DNA from: Clostridia bacterium
Lineage (GTDB): Bacteria > Bacillota > Sulfobacillia > RBS10-35 > JAJYVM01
DNA: 46,140 nucleotides
Assembly: GCA_027314765.1 (NCBI GenBank)
Contig: DAHVAF010000263.1
Coordinates: 1 to 46,140 of the forward strand
Direction of reading: 5' to 3'
Shown: positions 37,137 to 45,421 of the stretch, piece after piece
Numbering within the stretch: the first letter of the stretch is position 1
Layout of the letters: every line of letters begins with the position of its first letter
Made by a program: the position numbers and the translations under genes
The notes under the pieces: model-generated
The model's database searches: none
Told to the model about the DNA's origin: nothing
The model's input: only the letters and a program-made list of their open reading frames with translations

Positions 37137-39461
37137 GTGGTGAGGAGCGTGTCGCTTGGCAGCATCCTGACGTACGTCCAGTTCTTTTTTGCCGTGGTGA
37201 TCGGCCTGTACTTCTGGAACCTGCTGAAGAGTCAGCAGGGCAACCGTACTGCCGTGCACAGGGAGAGTAAGAAGGAGATCGAGCGGCTGCAGCGGCTGCG
37301 CGAGATCGCGCTGTCCGAGCCGCTGGCGGAGAAGACGCGGCCCACGCGATTTGAGGACATCGTGGGCCAGACCGAGGGGCTGCGGGCGCTGCGGGCGGCG
37401 CTCTGCGGGCCCAATCCGCAGCACGTCATCATCTACGGGCCGCCGGGCGTGGGCAAGACGGCGGCGGCGCGCCTGGTGCTCGAGGAGGCCAAGGCCAACC
37501 CGCTCTCGCCGTTTCTGGCGGAGGCCAAGTTCGTGGAGCTGGACGCCACGACCGCGCGCTTCGACGAGCGGGGGATCGCCGACCCGCTGATCGGCTCCGT
37601 GCACGACCCGATCTACCAGGGGGCGGGGCCGCTTGGCATGGCCGGTATCCCGCAGCCGAAGGCCGGCGCGGTGACCAAGGCGCACGGCGGCGTGCTCTTC
37701 ATCGACGAGATCGGCGAGCTGCATCCGGTGCAGATGAACAAGCTGCTGAAGGTGCTGGAGGACCGGCGGGTGGTCCTGGAGAGCGCCTACTACAGCGCGG
37801 AGGATCCCCAGATCCCCACCCACATCAAGGACATCTTCGACAACGGCCTGCCGGCGGATTTCCGCCTGGTCGGCGCGACGACGCGGACGCCGGACGACAT
37901 TCCGCCCGCCATCCGCTCGCGCTGCGTGGAGATCTTCTTCCGCCCGCTGCTGCCGGATGAGGTGGCGGTCATCGCCCGCGGGGCGGCGGCCAAGATCGGC
38001 TTCGGCATCCAGGACGGGGCGGTCGGCGTCATCGAGCGCTACGCCACCAACGGGCGCGAGGCCGTCAACATCGTGCAGATCACGGCGGGCATCGCCCAGG
38101 GCGAGGGGCGGGGCGAGGTCGCCACGGAGGACGCGGAATGGGTCGTCACCAGCGGGCAGTACGCGCCGCGGCCGGAGCGCAAGATCCCGGCGCGGTCGCA
38201 GGTCGGGCTGGTCAACGGGCTCGCGGTGCTGGGGCCGTCGCTCGGGGTGCTGCTGGAGGTGGAGGCGGCGGCGGTGCCGGCGGCGGCGCCGGGGCGCGGG
38301 CAGGTGGTCGTCACGGGGGTCATCGACGAGGAGGAGATGGGCGGGCGCGGGCGGACCATGCGGCGCAAGTCGATGGCCAAGGGCTCGCTCGACAACGTCC
38401 TGACGGTGCTGCGGCGGCATCTGGACGTCAATCCGCGGGACTATGACATCCACGTCAACTTCCCGGGCGGGATTCCGATCGACGGACCGTCGGCCGGGGT
38501 CACCATGGCGGTGGCCATCTACAGCGCCCTGACCGGTGTCCCGGTGGACCACAAGGCCGCCGTGACGGGCGAGATCTCCATCCGCGGGCTGGTGCGGCCC
38601 GTGGGTGGCGTGGCCGCCAAGATCGAGGCGGCGCGGGTCGCGGGGGCCGAGCGGGTGGTCATCCCGGCGGAGAACTGGCAGGAGATCCACGCGGCGATGG
38701 CCGGCGTGAAGGTCGTGCCGGCCGCGGACTTCCGCGAGGTGCTCGGACACGTGCTGGTGCCGGAGCGGGAGCGCGGCGGCGCGCGGCCTGGGGACGACTC
38801 GTCCGTGGCGGAGCGGCCTGCGGTGCCGGCGGGCCGGCTGGCGCAGGCCGACGGGGCCGACGGGGAGGTGGCGGCGGCGGCGCCTGGGCCCGTGTCGGCG
38901 GCATCCGCGTCCGTGGCGGCGCTCGGGCTGGAGGTCGCGCCTGTCACGGCGGCATCCGCGGCCGTGGCGGGGCTCGGGCTGGAGGTCGCGCCTGTCACGG
39001 CGGTATCCGCGTCCGTGGCGGGGCTCGGGCTGGAGGTCGCGCCTGTCACGGCGGTATCCGCGTCCGTCGGCGCGGCCACGCCGGTCGAGCCGGCATCGGC
39101 GCGGGCCGCGGCGGGACTGGCCGCACTGTCACTGGCGGCACCGGTGCCGGCCGCATCGGCACCCGCCGCCTCGGCACCCGCCGCACCGGCACTGGCCGCA
39201 CCCCCGCGAGGTGGAGCGCCCGCGCCGGAACCGGCCGTCCCGGGACCGACTGTGCCGGCCGCGCTGGTCCTGGGGTCCGCCGCAGCGGCACTCGCCTTGG
39301 CACCCGCATCCGGGGGCGCCCCGGAGCTTGCGGCGGATGCCCCGGCAACGGCCGCGGCGGCCGCACCCGGCTGCCGGATGCCGACGGCGTCCCTGGACGC
39401 AGGCGACGATGCGATTGCGGGAATCGGCGGGGGGCGCGAGGCCGGGGCGGCGGGCCGCTGA
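37137..39461 (+). CDS. lonB: LonB-type ATP-dependent protease (membrane-anchored) with a long Ala/Pro-rich repeat tail
   Basis: N-terminal TM segment FFFAVVIGLYFWNLLKSQ matches LonB. Contains AAA+ GPPGVGKTAAAR and VLFIDEIGEL, and the Lon protease catalytic PIDGPSAGVTMA...AAKIEAA. At 774 aa it compares with about 550 aa for typical LonB. Confidence 0.88.
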   Translation: MVRSVSLGSILTYVQFFFAVVIGLYFWNLLKSQQGNRTAVHRESKKEIERLQRLREIALSEPLAEKTRPTRFEDIVGQTEGLRALRAALCGPNPQHVIIYGPPGVGKTAAARLVLEEAKANPLSPFLAEAKFVELDATTARFDERGIADPLIGSVHDPIYQGAGPLGMAGIPQPKAGAVTKAHGGVLFIDEIGELHPVQMNKLLKVLEDRRVVLESAYYSAEDPQIPTHIKDIFDNGLPADFRLVGATTRTPDDIPPAIRSRCVEIFFRPLLPDEVAVIARGAAAKIGFGIQDGAVGVIERYATNGREAVNIVQITAGIAQGEGRGEVATEDAEWVVTSGQYAPRPERKIPARSQVGLVNGLAVLGPSLGVLLEVEAAAVPAAAPGRGQVVVTGVIDEEEMGGRGRTMRRKSMAKGSLDNVLTVLRRHLDVNPRDYDIHVNFPGGIPIDGPSAGVTMAVAIYSALTGVPVDHKAAVTGEISIRGLVRPVGGVAAKIEAARVAGAERVVIPAENWQEIHAAMAGVKVVPAADFREVLGHVLVPERERGGARPGDDSSVAERPAVPAGRLAQADGADGEVAAAAPGPVSAASASVAALGLEVAPVTAASAAVAGLGLEVAPVTAVSASVAGLGLEVAPVTAVSASVGAATPVEPASARAAAGLAALSLAAPVPAASAPAASAPAAPALAAPPRGGAPAPEPAVPGPTVPAALVLGSAAAALALAPASGGAPELAADAPATAAAAAPGCRMPTASLDAGDDAIAGIGGGREAGAAGR
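38898..39067 (+). repeat. 3.3 in-frame tandem copies of a 51-bp unit inside the lonB tail
   Basis: Units at 38898-38948, 38949-38999 and 39000-39050, plus a partial unit at 39051-39067. There are 2-3 substitutions between units. They encode A(A/V)SA(S/A)VA(A/G)LGLEVAPVT. Confidence 0.95.
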
Positions 39462-39579
39462 CCCGTTGCCGCCTCGAGAGCGAAATGGACATGCTAAGGC
39501 TCACATATGCGGCCCGCGCACAGGGATTGCCGCGCCGGCCGCGGAATCCATCGACCCGGCGAGGAGGGATTCCGAAGTC

Positions 39580-40086
39580 GTGGCACCGCGAAGGGTAGCG
39601 TTCGGTGCGGCGCTGCTCGCCGGCATTGTGGCGGGCATCGTCGCGGCGCTCGGGGTCATCGGCGCCGTCGCGCTTCTGCACAGCCGCGCACCCACCCCGA
39701 CGATCGCGGGGGCGTCCACGTTCGTGGCTGGCATCGTGGGCGGCATCCTGTACGGGATCTACGGCGCGGGCGGGCGTCGCCCGGCCCTCTGGCTCTGGTT
39801 GAGCATGCTCGTGCTGGCCACTGGGTGGAGCCTGCTGGTCTCCAGGGTGCACGCGCCCGTGGGCGGGCCGAACGTCCCGTACGTGGTGGGAATCCTCATG
39901 CCGCTGAAGCAGATCGGGGGCCTGCTCGGCCTCGTCAAGCTTGGGCCGCGGGCGTTTCCGCCGGCCCTGGTGCGAGTCTTCATCGTCACGCATTATGTCG
40001 CGGCCGTCCTGATCAGCCTGATCGTGCCCGCGGTGGCACCGGCGCGGGCGCAGCGCCGCCGGGCCATGCCCAGTCTCCGCGGCTAG
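39580..40086 (+). CDS. Hypothetical integral membrane protein
   Basis: About 168 aa with 4-5 hydrophobic segments. GTG 39580 lies downstream of GAGGAGGG (39561-39568). The upstream part of track ORF 39211..40086 overlaps the lonB tail and looks non-coding. No family recognised. Confidence 0.5.
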   Translation: MAPRRVAFGAALLAGIVAGIVAALGVIGAVALLHSRAPTPTIAGASTFVAGIVGGILYGIYGAGGRRPALWLWLSMLVLATGWSLLVSRVHAPVGGPNVPYVVGILMPLKQIGGLLGLVKLGPRAFPPALVRVFIVTHYVAAVLISLIVPAVAPARAQRRRAMPSLRG

Positions 40087-40112
40087 ACCTGCGGGGGACG
40101 GCCCCTATTACG

Positions 40113-40141
40113 GCGGCCCGCCCGCCACCCGGGCGGGCCGC
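40113..40141 (+). terminator. GC-rich hairpin after the membrane protein gene
   Basis: A perfect 12-bp stem, GCGGCCCGCCCG-ccacc-CGGGCGGGCCGC, lies 27 nt after the stop. The downstream T content is weak (accgccttctgc). Confidence 0.45.
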
Positions 40142-40188
40142 ACCGCCTTCTGCAGGAATCCAGCCCCTGCCGTCAAATCCCCCGGCCC

Positions 40189-41178
40189 ATGCTGCGCGTG
40201 GGTCTGGCCTTCAACCTGCGGCGGGGAACGCCGAGCCCCGACACCCTCCAGGCCGAGTACGACCCGCCGGCGACGGTGGATGCCATTGCGGCCGCGCTTG
40301 CCGCGGGGGGCGCGATGGTCGCGCGGCTCGAGGCGGATGACGCATTCGCCGAGCGGCTGCGCGCCGACGCCCCCGACATTGTCTTCAACATCGCCGAGGG
40401 CCTGCGCGGGCCGAGCCGCGAGGCGCACGTCCCCGCGATCTGCGAGATGCTGGACATCCCCTGCACGGGCTCGGGCGTGCTCGCCCAGGCGGTCTGCCAG
40501 GACAAGCCCTTTGCCCTGACCGTTCTGCGCGCCGCAGGCGTACCGACCGCGCCCTTCTGGGAGGTTGCCGTCGGGGCCGCGCCGCCCGCCGCCGAACTGC
40601 CGCTGTTCGTGAAGCCGGCGCGCCAGGGCTCCAGCATGGGCGTCACGGAGGGCTCGCTCTGCCGCACGCGCGCAGCGGTGGCCGAACAGGTGCGGGAGGT
40701 CCACGCGCGGTTCGGGGAGCCTGCTCTCGTCGAGGCCTTCCTGCCCGGCCGCGAGTTCACGGTCGGCGTCCTCGACGGCCCGCTCCGCACCCTCCCGATC
40801 CGGGAGATCAATTTCAGCGAGGTACCGGCCGACTACCCGCCGGTATACACATACAAGTTCAAGAAGGAGTGGGACGAGGACCGCTTCTTCACATGCCCGC
40901 CCGACGCGCCGCCGGCGTTGGTGGCCAGGCTCCAGGCCCTCGCGACGGCTGCCTTCCGCGCCCTGCACTGCGTCGACGTGGCCCGCGTCGATCTTCGCTG
41001 CGATGCCGCGGGCAACCCCGCCGTGTTGGAGGTCAACCCCCTGCCCGGCCTCAGCCCCGACTTCTCGGACCTGCCGTGCATGGCGACGGCCGGCGGCCTG
41101 TCATTCGAGGACCTCGTGCTGTCCATCCTGGATGCGGCCTGCCGGCGGACGGGCCTGGACTGGCGGCGGCAGGCCTGA
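40189..41178 (+). CDS. ATP-grasp ligase of the D-alanine--D-alanine ligase family
   Basis: 329 aa. Contains GSGVLAQAVCQDKPFALTVLRAAGVPTAPF, LFVKPARQGSSMGV, LVEAFLPGREFTVGVL, ARVDLR and LEVNPLPGL, the typical Ddl-like ATP-grasp core. Confidence 0.8.
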   Translation: MLRVGLAFNLRRGTPSPDTLQAEYDPPATVDAIAAALAAGGAMVARLEADDAFAERLRADAPDIVFNIAEGLRGPSREAHVPAICEMLDIPCTGSGVLAQAVCQDKPFALTVLRAAGVPTAPFWEVAVGAAPPAAELPLFVKPARQGSSMGVTEGSLCRTRAAVAEQVREVHARFGEPALVEAFLPGREFTVGVLDGPLRTLPIREINFSEVPADYPPVYTYKFKKEWDEDRFFTCPPDAPPALVARLQALATAAFRALHCVDVARVDLRCDAAGNPAVLEVNPLPGLSPDFSDLPCMATAGGLSFEDLVLSILDAACRRTGLDWRRQA

Positions 41179-41837
41179 TGCGCCCGCTTCGTGTTCGCCG
41201 CCGGCCTGGCGCGGCCGCCAGGTTCCGCTGCGCGGTGCCCGCGGCCACGGAGGAGTTGGCAAGAGGAAGGCCCACGGATCTGACGAACGCATCCCAGCGT
41301 TGCTGGGAGGGTCGTCGGCTGGTGGTGCGCTTGCGGCCGTTCCGGGCCGGAGACGAGGTTCATGTGGCGGCGTGGGGTAAGGACCCGGAGGTCGTGCGCC
41401 ATTACTTCGGCCGGAGGACGCTGGCCGAAGTCGAGGGGCCCCTCGTCGAGCTCCGCGCGGCGGGCGGCCGGATTGTCCGGGCCTTCGAGTCGGCGGAGGG
41501 CGAGCTGCTCGGATGGGTTGAGCTGCGCAACATCGCCTGGCGCAGCGGGGCGGCGGAGCTGCGGATCTGCATCGGTCGACGCGACCGCTGGGGCATGGGC
41601 TATGGCACGGCCGCCGTGCGCGCCATCCTCGCCGAAGCCGCCGCGCGGCGCCTCCGCCACGTGCATCTGCGCGTCGCGCTCTGGAACCAGCGAGCCATCG
41701 CCTCCTACCGCAAGTGCGGGTTCCGCGCCCAGGCCGTCCTGCGCGCCGGCCGCCGCCGCGCCGAGGGCATGGAGGATCTCATGCTGATGACGGTGGACCT
41801 GGCGAGCCAGGCTTTCGTGACGCAGTCGGTCGTGTGA
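41178..41837 (+). CDS. GNAT family N-acetyltransferase
   Basis: ATG 41178 overlaps the ATP-grasp stop (TGATG). The GNAT core is GWVELRNI...RWGMGYGTAAVRAIL...LRV...N.RAIASYRKCGF. The Arg-rich first 45 or so codons may not be translated, so the start is uncertain. Confidence 0.7.
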   Translation: MRPLRVRRRPGAAARFRCAVPAATEELARGRPTDLTNASQRCWEGRRLVVRLRPFRAGDEVHVAAWGKDPEVVRHYFGRRTLAEVEGPLVELRAAGGRIVRAFESAEGELLGWVELRNIAWRSGAAELRICIGRRDRWGMGYGTAAVRAILAEAAARRLRHVHLRVALWNQRAIASYRKCGFRAQAVLRAGRRRAEGMEDLMLMTVDLASQAFVTQSVV

Positions 41838-42715
41838 AAGCCCTGCGGGCCATCCTGATCGCCGTCGTCGCGCTGTTCGTGGCCTGCTGCGGGCTGACCC
41901 TCTACGTCGGCGAGCGGGTTACCCACCCCGCCCGGGCGCCCATCACGACGACGCCGGCCGCGGACAGCCTCTCCTACAGCAACGTGACCTTTCCAGCCCG
42001 GATCGACGCGACGCCGCTCTCCGGGTGGTGGATCCCGGCCGCGGCCGCCCGCGGCACGATCGTGCTCGCCGCCGGCTACGCCGAGAACCGGCTCGCCGCG
42101 TCGGTTCCCGGCCTGGCCGTGGCGGCCGCCCTCCACGCAGCGTCCTACAACGTGCTGATGTTCGACTTCCGTGGCTCGGGCCGCTCCGGCGGCAGCCTCG
42201 TCACCGTCGGCGGGTTGGAGCAGCGCGACGTCGAGGGCGCCGTCGACTTCGTCCGCCGGCGGTCGAGCCTGCCAGTCGGCGTCCTGGGCTGGTCGATGGG
42301 CGCCAGCACCGCCCTGCTGGCGGCCGAGCACGACCCGGAGATCGCCGCCGTCGTGGCCGACAGCCCCTTCTCCGACCTCAGCACGTACCTGCGCGGCTAC
42401 CTGCCGATCTGGACCCACCTGCCCGCCTTCCCCTTCACGCCCCTGTTCTTCTGGCTGATCCCGCCCATCATCGGGGTGCACCCGCAGCAGGCCGACCCCC
42501 TCGCCGCCATGGCGACCCTGGCGAGCCGCCCGGTCCTGCTGATTGCCGGCACGGCCGACACGACCATTCCAGAATCCAACGCGAAGCAGCTGGAGGCGGC
42601 CGATCCGCGGGCCCAGCTCTGGGTCGTGCCGGGCGCGGCGCACATCCAGGGCTACCACACGGAGCCGCGGCGCTATATGCAGCACGTGCTGGCGCTCTTT
42701 GCCCGCATGGGCTGA
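41834..42715 (+). CDS. Membrane-anchored alpha/beta hydrolase
   Basis: GTG 41834 overlaps the GNAT stop (GTGA). N-terminal TM segment, nucleophile elbow GWSMGAS, and a late GTADTT...GAAH acid/His pair. Confidence 0.8.
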   Translation: MKALRAILIAVVALFVACCGLTLYVGERVTHPARAPITTTPAADSLSYSNVTFPARIDATPLSGWWIPAAAARGTIVLAAGYAENRLAASVPGLAVAAALHAASYNVLMFDFRGSGRSGGSLVTVGGLEQRDVEGAVDFVRRRSSLPVGVLGWSMGASTALLAAEHDPEIAAVVADSPFSDLSTYLRGYLPIWTHLPAFPFTPLFFWLIPPIIGVHPQQADPLAAMATLASRPVLLIAGTADTTIPESNAKQLEAADPRAQLWVVPGAAHIQGYHTEPRRYMQHVLALFARMG

Positions 42716-42783
42716 CGGCCCCGGCACCTGACTCCTCTCGGCCGCTTACCCGTTTCGGCCGGCCAGGGGTATGCTGAAGTCGC

Positions 42784-44148
42784 ATGCGAATCCTGCGCCG
42801 CTTGGCGACGGCCGCGCTGGCGCTTGGGCTCCTCGCCGGGGTCTCCGGTCTGGTGGGCGCCGCCGCGGCCGCCTCGCCCATCGGTCCGGCCGTCAGCGCG
42901 ACGCCCGCCACAGCCGCCACCGCGCCCCACGTCGACGTGCTCACCTTCTCGGGCGCGATCGACCCGGCCAGCGCGGACCTGATGACCTCGGCCCTCACCG
43001 CGGCCACCCGCGACGGCGCCGCCGCGTTCGTCCTTCAGCTCAACACGCCGGGCGGCGACCTCACCAGCATGCGCACGATCGCCGAGGCGTTTCTGAACGG
43101 CGCGATCCCCACGATCGTGTACGTGGCGCCGAGCGGCGCGCGGGCCGGCTCGGCCGGCACCTTCATCACCTACGCCGCCCAGCTGGCGGGCATGGCGCCC
43201 GGCACCGAGATCGGCGCGGCGAGCCCGGTCGGTGCCCAGGGCCAGACCCTGACCGGCACCGAGGCCACCAAGATCACCAACGACGCCATCGCCATGATCA
43301 CCGCCTGGGCGGAGCGCAACGGCAGAAACGCCACGTTCGCCGGCGACGCCGTGCGCAGCGCCGCCTCGCTTCCGGCTGAGGCCGCGCTTCAGCAGCACGT
43401 GGTCAACGCTGTGGCGCCGAACCTGCCCGACCTGTTGCGCCAGGTGGACGGCGCCACCGTCCACCTGCAGAGCGGGGACCGGACCGTGCACCTGGCCGGC
43501 GACCGCATCGTCAACCTGCCCGTCCCGTGGTGGACGCAGGCGCTGCTGGGCCTGGCCGACCCCAGCCTGGCGTACTGGCTCTTCACGCTCGGCTTCTGGG
43601 CCATCGTCATCGAGTTCTTCCACCCCACCCTGATCGGCGGAGTCGCGGGTGCCATCGCCGCCCTGCTGGGCCTGGTCGGCATGGAGATCCTCAGCGTGTC
43701 CGTCGTCGGGGTGGCCCTGCTGGTGGTCGGCCTCGGCCTCCTGGTGGCCGACGTGACGGCGCCCACCCACGGCGTCCTCACGGCCGGCGGGCTCATCGCG
43801 TTCGTGCTGGGCTCCATCCTGCTCAACCCGGCGGGCACGGGCCTATCGCCGTGGGCCATCGTCCCCGCCGCGCTCATATGCGCCGTGCTTGGCGCCGCCA
43901 TCGCCCTGGGCGCCCTGCGCCTGCATAAGCGCCGCCCCCTGGCCATGGGTGCGCACGCCCTGCTCGGCAGGACCGGCGCGGTCACCCAGACGGTGCGCCC
44001 GCTCGGAGAGGAGCCGGCCGGCCAGGTGGAGGTCGGCGGCACGTACTGGCGGGCCTATTCCGCGGCTGGCCACGACCTTCAGCCGGGCACGGCGGTGGAG
44101 ATCGTGGGCGTCGATCCCGACCTCGGCCTGGAAGTGTGGGAGGTGTAG
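42784..44148 (+). CDS. nfeD: NfeD family membrane-bound ClpP-class serine protease
   Basis: Signal peptide, ClpP/S49-like domain (LNTPGGDL...SAGTFI), four or so TM segments, and a C-terminal OB-fold (GQVEVGGTYWRA...G..V.IV). Confidence 0.85.
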   Translation: MRILRRLATAALALGLLAGVSGLVGAAAAASPIGPAVSATPATAATAPHVDVLTFSGAIDPASADLMTSALTAATRDGAAAFVLQLNTPGGDLTSMRTIAEAFLNGAIPTIVYVAPSGARAGSAGTFITYAAQLAGMAPGTEIGAASPVGAQGQTLTGTEATKITNDAIAMITAWAERNGRNATFAGDAVRSAASLPAEAALQQHVVNAVAPNLPDLLRQVDGATVHLQSGDRTVHLAGDRIVNLPVPWWTQALLGLADPSLAYWLFTLGFWAIVIEFFHPTLIGGVAGAIAALLGLVGMEILSVSVVGVALLVVGLGLLVADVTAPTHGVLTAGGLIAFVLGSILLNPAGTGLSPWAIVPAALICAVLGAAIALGALRLHKRRPLAMGAHALLGRTGAVTQTVRPLGEEPAGQVEVGGTYWRAYSAAGHDLQPGTAVEIVGVDPDLGLEVWEV

Positions 44149-44153
44149 GCATC

Positions 44154-45017
44154 ATGACGGGCCTCGTGGTCACCCTGATCATCGTCATCCTGATCGTGCT
44201 CCTGATCCGCGCCTCCGTCCGTGTGGTGCGCGAGTACCAGCGCAATGTGATCTTCCGCTTCGGGCGCTGCATCGGTGCCCGCGGGCCCGGCATCCTGCTG
44301 CTGATCCCGATCGTCGACCGGCCCGTGCTGGTGGACCTGCGCGAGGGCTACCTCGACATCCCCAAGCAGACCTGCATCACGCGCGACAACGCGCCGATCT
44401 CCATCGACTTCCTGATCTACTCCCGTGTCGAGGACCCCGTCCACTCCGTGATCCGCGTCAACAACTTCGCGGGCGCCGTCACCGGCATGGCCACGACGAA
44501 CCTGCGTGCGGTCGTGGGCGACCTCGACCTCGACAACGTGCTTGCCCGCCGCGACCAGATCAACCAGACCCTGGCCGGCAAGCTGGATTCCGTCACCGAG
44601 GGGTGGGGCGTCAAGGTGACCCGGGTCGAGATCCGCGAGATCACCCCGCCCAAGGACGTCAGCGACGCCATGATCCGCCAGATGTCGGCCGAGCGCACCA
44701 GGCGCGCCGTCGTGACCGAGGCCGACGGCGCCAAGCAGGCTGCGATCACGGTCGCCGAGGGCGAGAAGCAGGCCGCCATCCTGAAGGCCGAGGGCCAGCG
44801 CCAGGCCCAGGTCCTTGTGGCCGAGGGCTACTCCCTGGGCGTCAAGGCGATCTACGAAGTCGCTCACGGCATCGACGACCGCACGATGGCGCTGCAATAC
44901 CTGGACGCCCTGCGCAACATCGGCCAGAGCCAGTCCACGAAGTGGATCCTGCCCATGGAGCTGATGAACCTGATCCAGCCCTTCGTGGACAGCGTGCGGA
45001 ACGGCAAGTCCGGCTGA
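44154..45017 (+). CDS. SPFH/Band 7 (stomatin-like) protein
   Basis: N-terminal TM segment, then VREYQRNVIFRFGR...GPGILLLIPIVD...D....Q..ITRDN and a coiled AEG(E/Q)KQAAILKAEG region. ATG 44154 is 10 nt after GGAGG. Confidence 0.9.
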   Translation: MTGLVVTLIIVILIVLLIRASVRVVREYQRNVIFRFGRCIGARGPGILLLIPIVDRPVLVDLREGYLDIPKQTCITRDNAPISIDFLIYSRVEDPVHSVIRVNNFAGAVTGMATTNLRAVVGDLDLDNVLARRDQINQTLAGKLDSVTEGWGVKVTRVEIREITPPKDVSDAMIRQMSAERTRRAVVTEADGAKQAAITVAEGEKQAAILKAEGQRQAQVLVAEGYSLGVKAIYEVAHGIDDRTMALQYLDALRNIGQSQSTKWILPMELMNLIQPFVDSVRNGKSG

Positions 45018-45415
45018 TGGCGGATTGCCACTTCTGCGCCCCGCCCGATGAGGAGCTGGAGTGCGGCGACCCCCACTTCCGCGTGACCCATGCGCCGCTC
45101 GACCGCGCCCGGCCGGGGACCCTGATCGTGGCGACGCGCCGCCACGTGCTCGACTTCGGCGACCTGAGCGGCGAGGAGGCCGCCGGCTTCGGCGCCCTCT
45201 TGCGGCGCCTGTACCCCGCCGTGCGGGCGGCGACTGGCGCCGAGCGCGTGCACATCGTGGCGACGATGGATTTCGTCCCGCACTTCCACGTGTGGGTGGT
45301 GCCGCGGGCGGCGGCCGAGCCGCTGCGCGGCATCCCCTATCTCGTTAGCCCGGCGGCCTGCACGCGGCAGGATGCGACGGCAGCGCTGGAGCGGATCGGG
45401 GCACAGCTCGCGTAG
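45017..45415 (+). CDS. HIT family hydrolase-like protein with a variant histidine triad
   Basis: ATG overlaps the SPFH stop (TGATG). Contains the N-terminal CHFC zinc motif and a PHFHVWVVP triad region (H-x-H-x-W). Only the 3' 132 codons of track ORF 43889..45415 are real. Confidence 0.72.
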   Translation: MADCHFCAPPDEELECGDPHFRVTHAPLDRARPGTLIVATRRHVLDFGDLSGEEAAGFGALLRRLYPAVRAATGAERVHIVATMDFVPHFHVWVVPRAAAEPLRGIPYLVSPAACTRQDATAALERIGAQLA

Positions 45416-45421
45416 CCTCGC

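Noticed and set aside
39211-40340. Overlapping plus-strand ORFs 39211..40086 (291 aa) and 39507..40340 (277 aa) downstream of lonB
   Set aside because: The 5' part of 39211..40086 overlaps the lonB tail and encodes Arg/Pro-rich sequence. Only the hydrophobic region from GTG 39580 looks coding. ORF 39507..40340 is an alternative-frame GC artefact spanning an intergenic hairpin.
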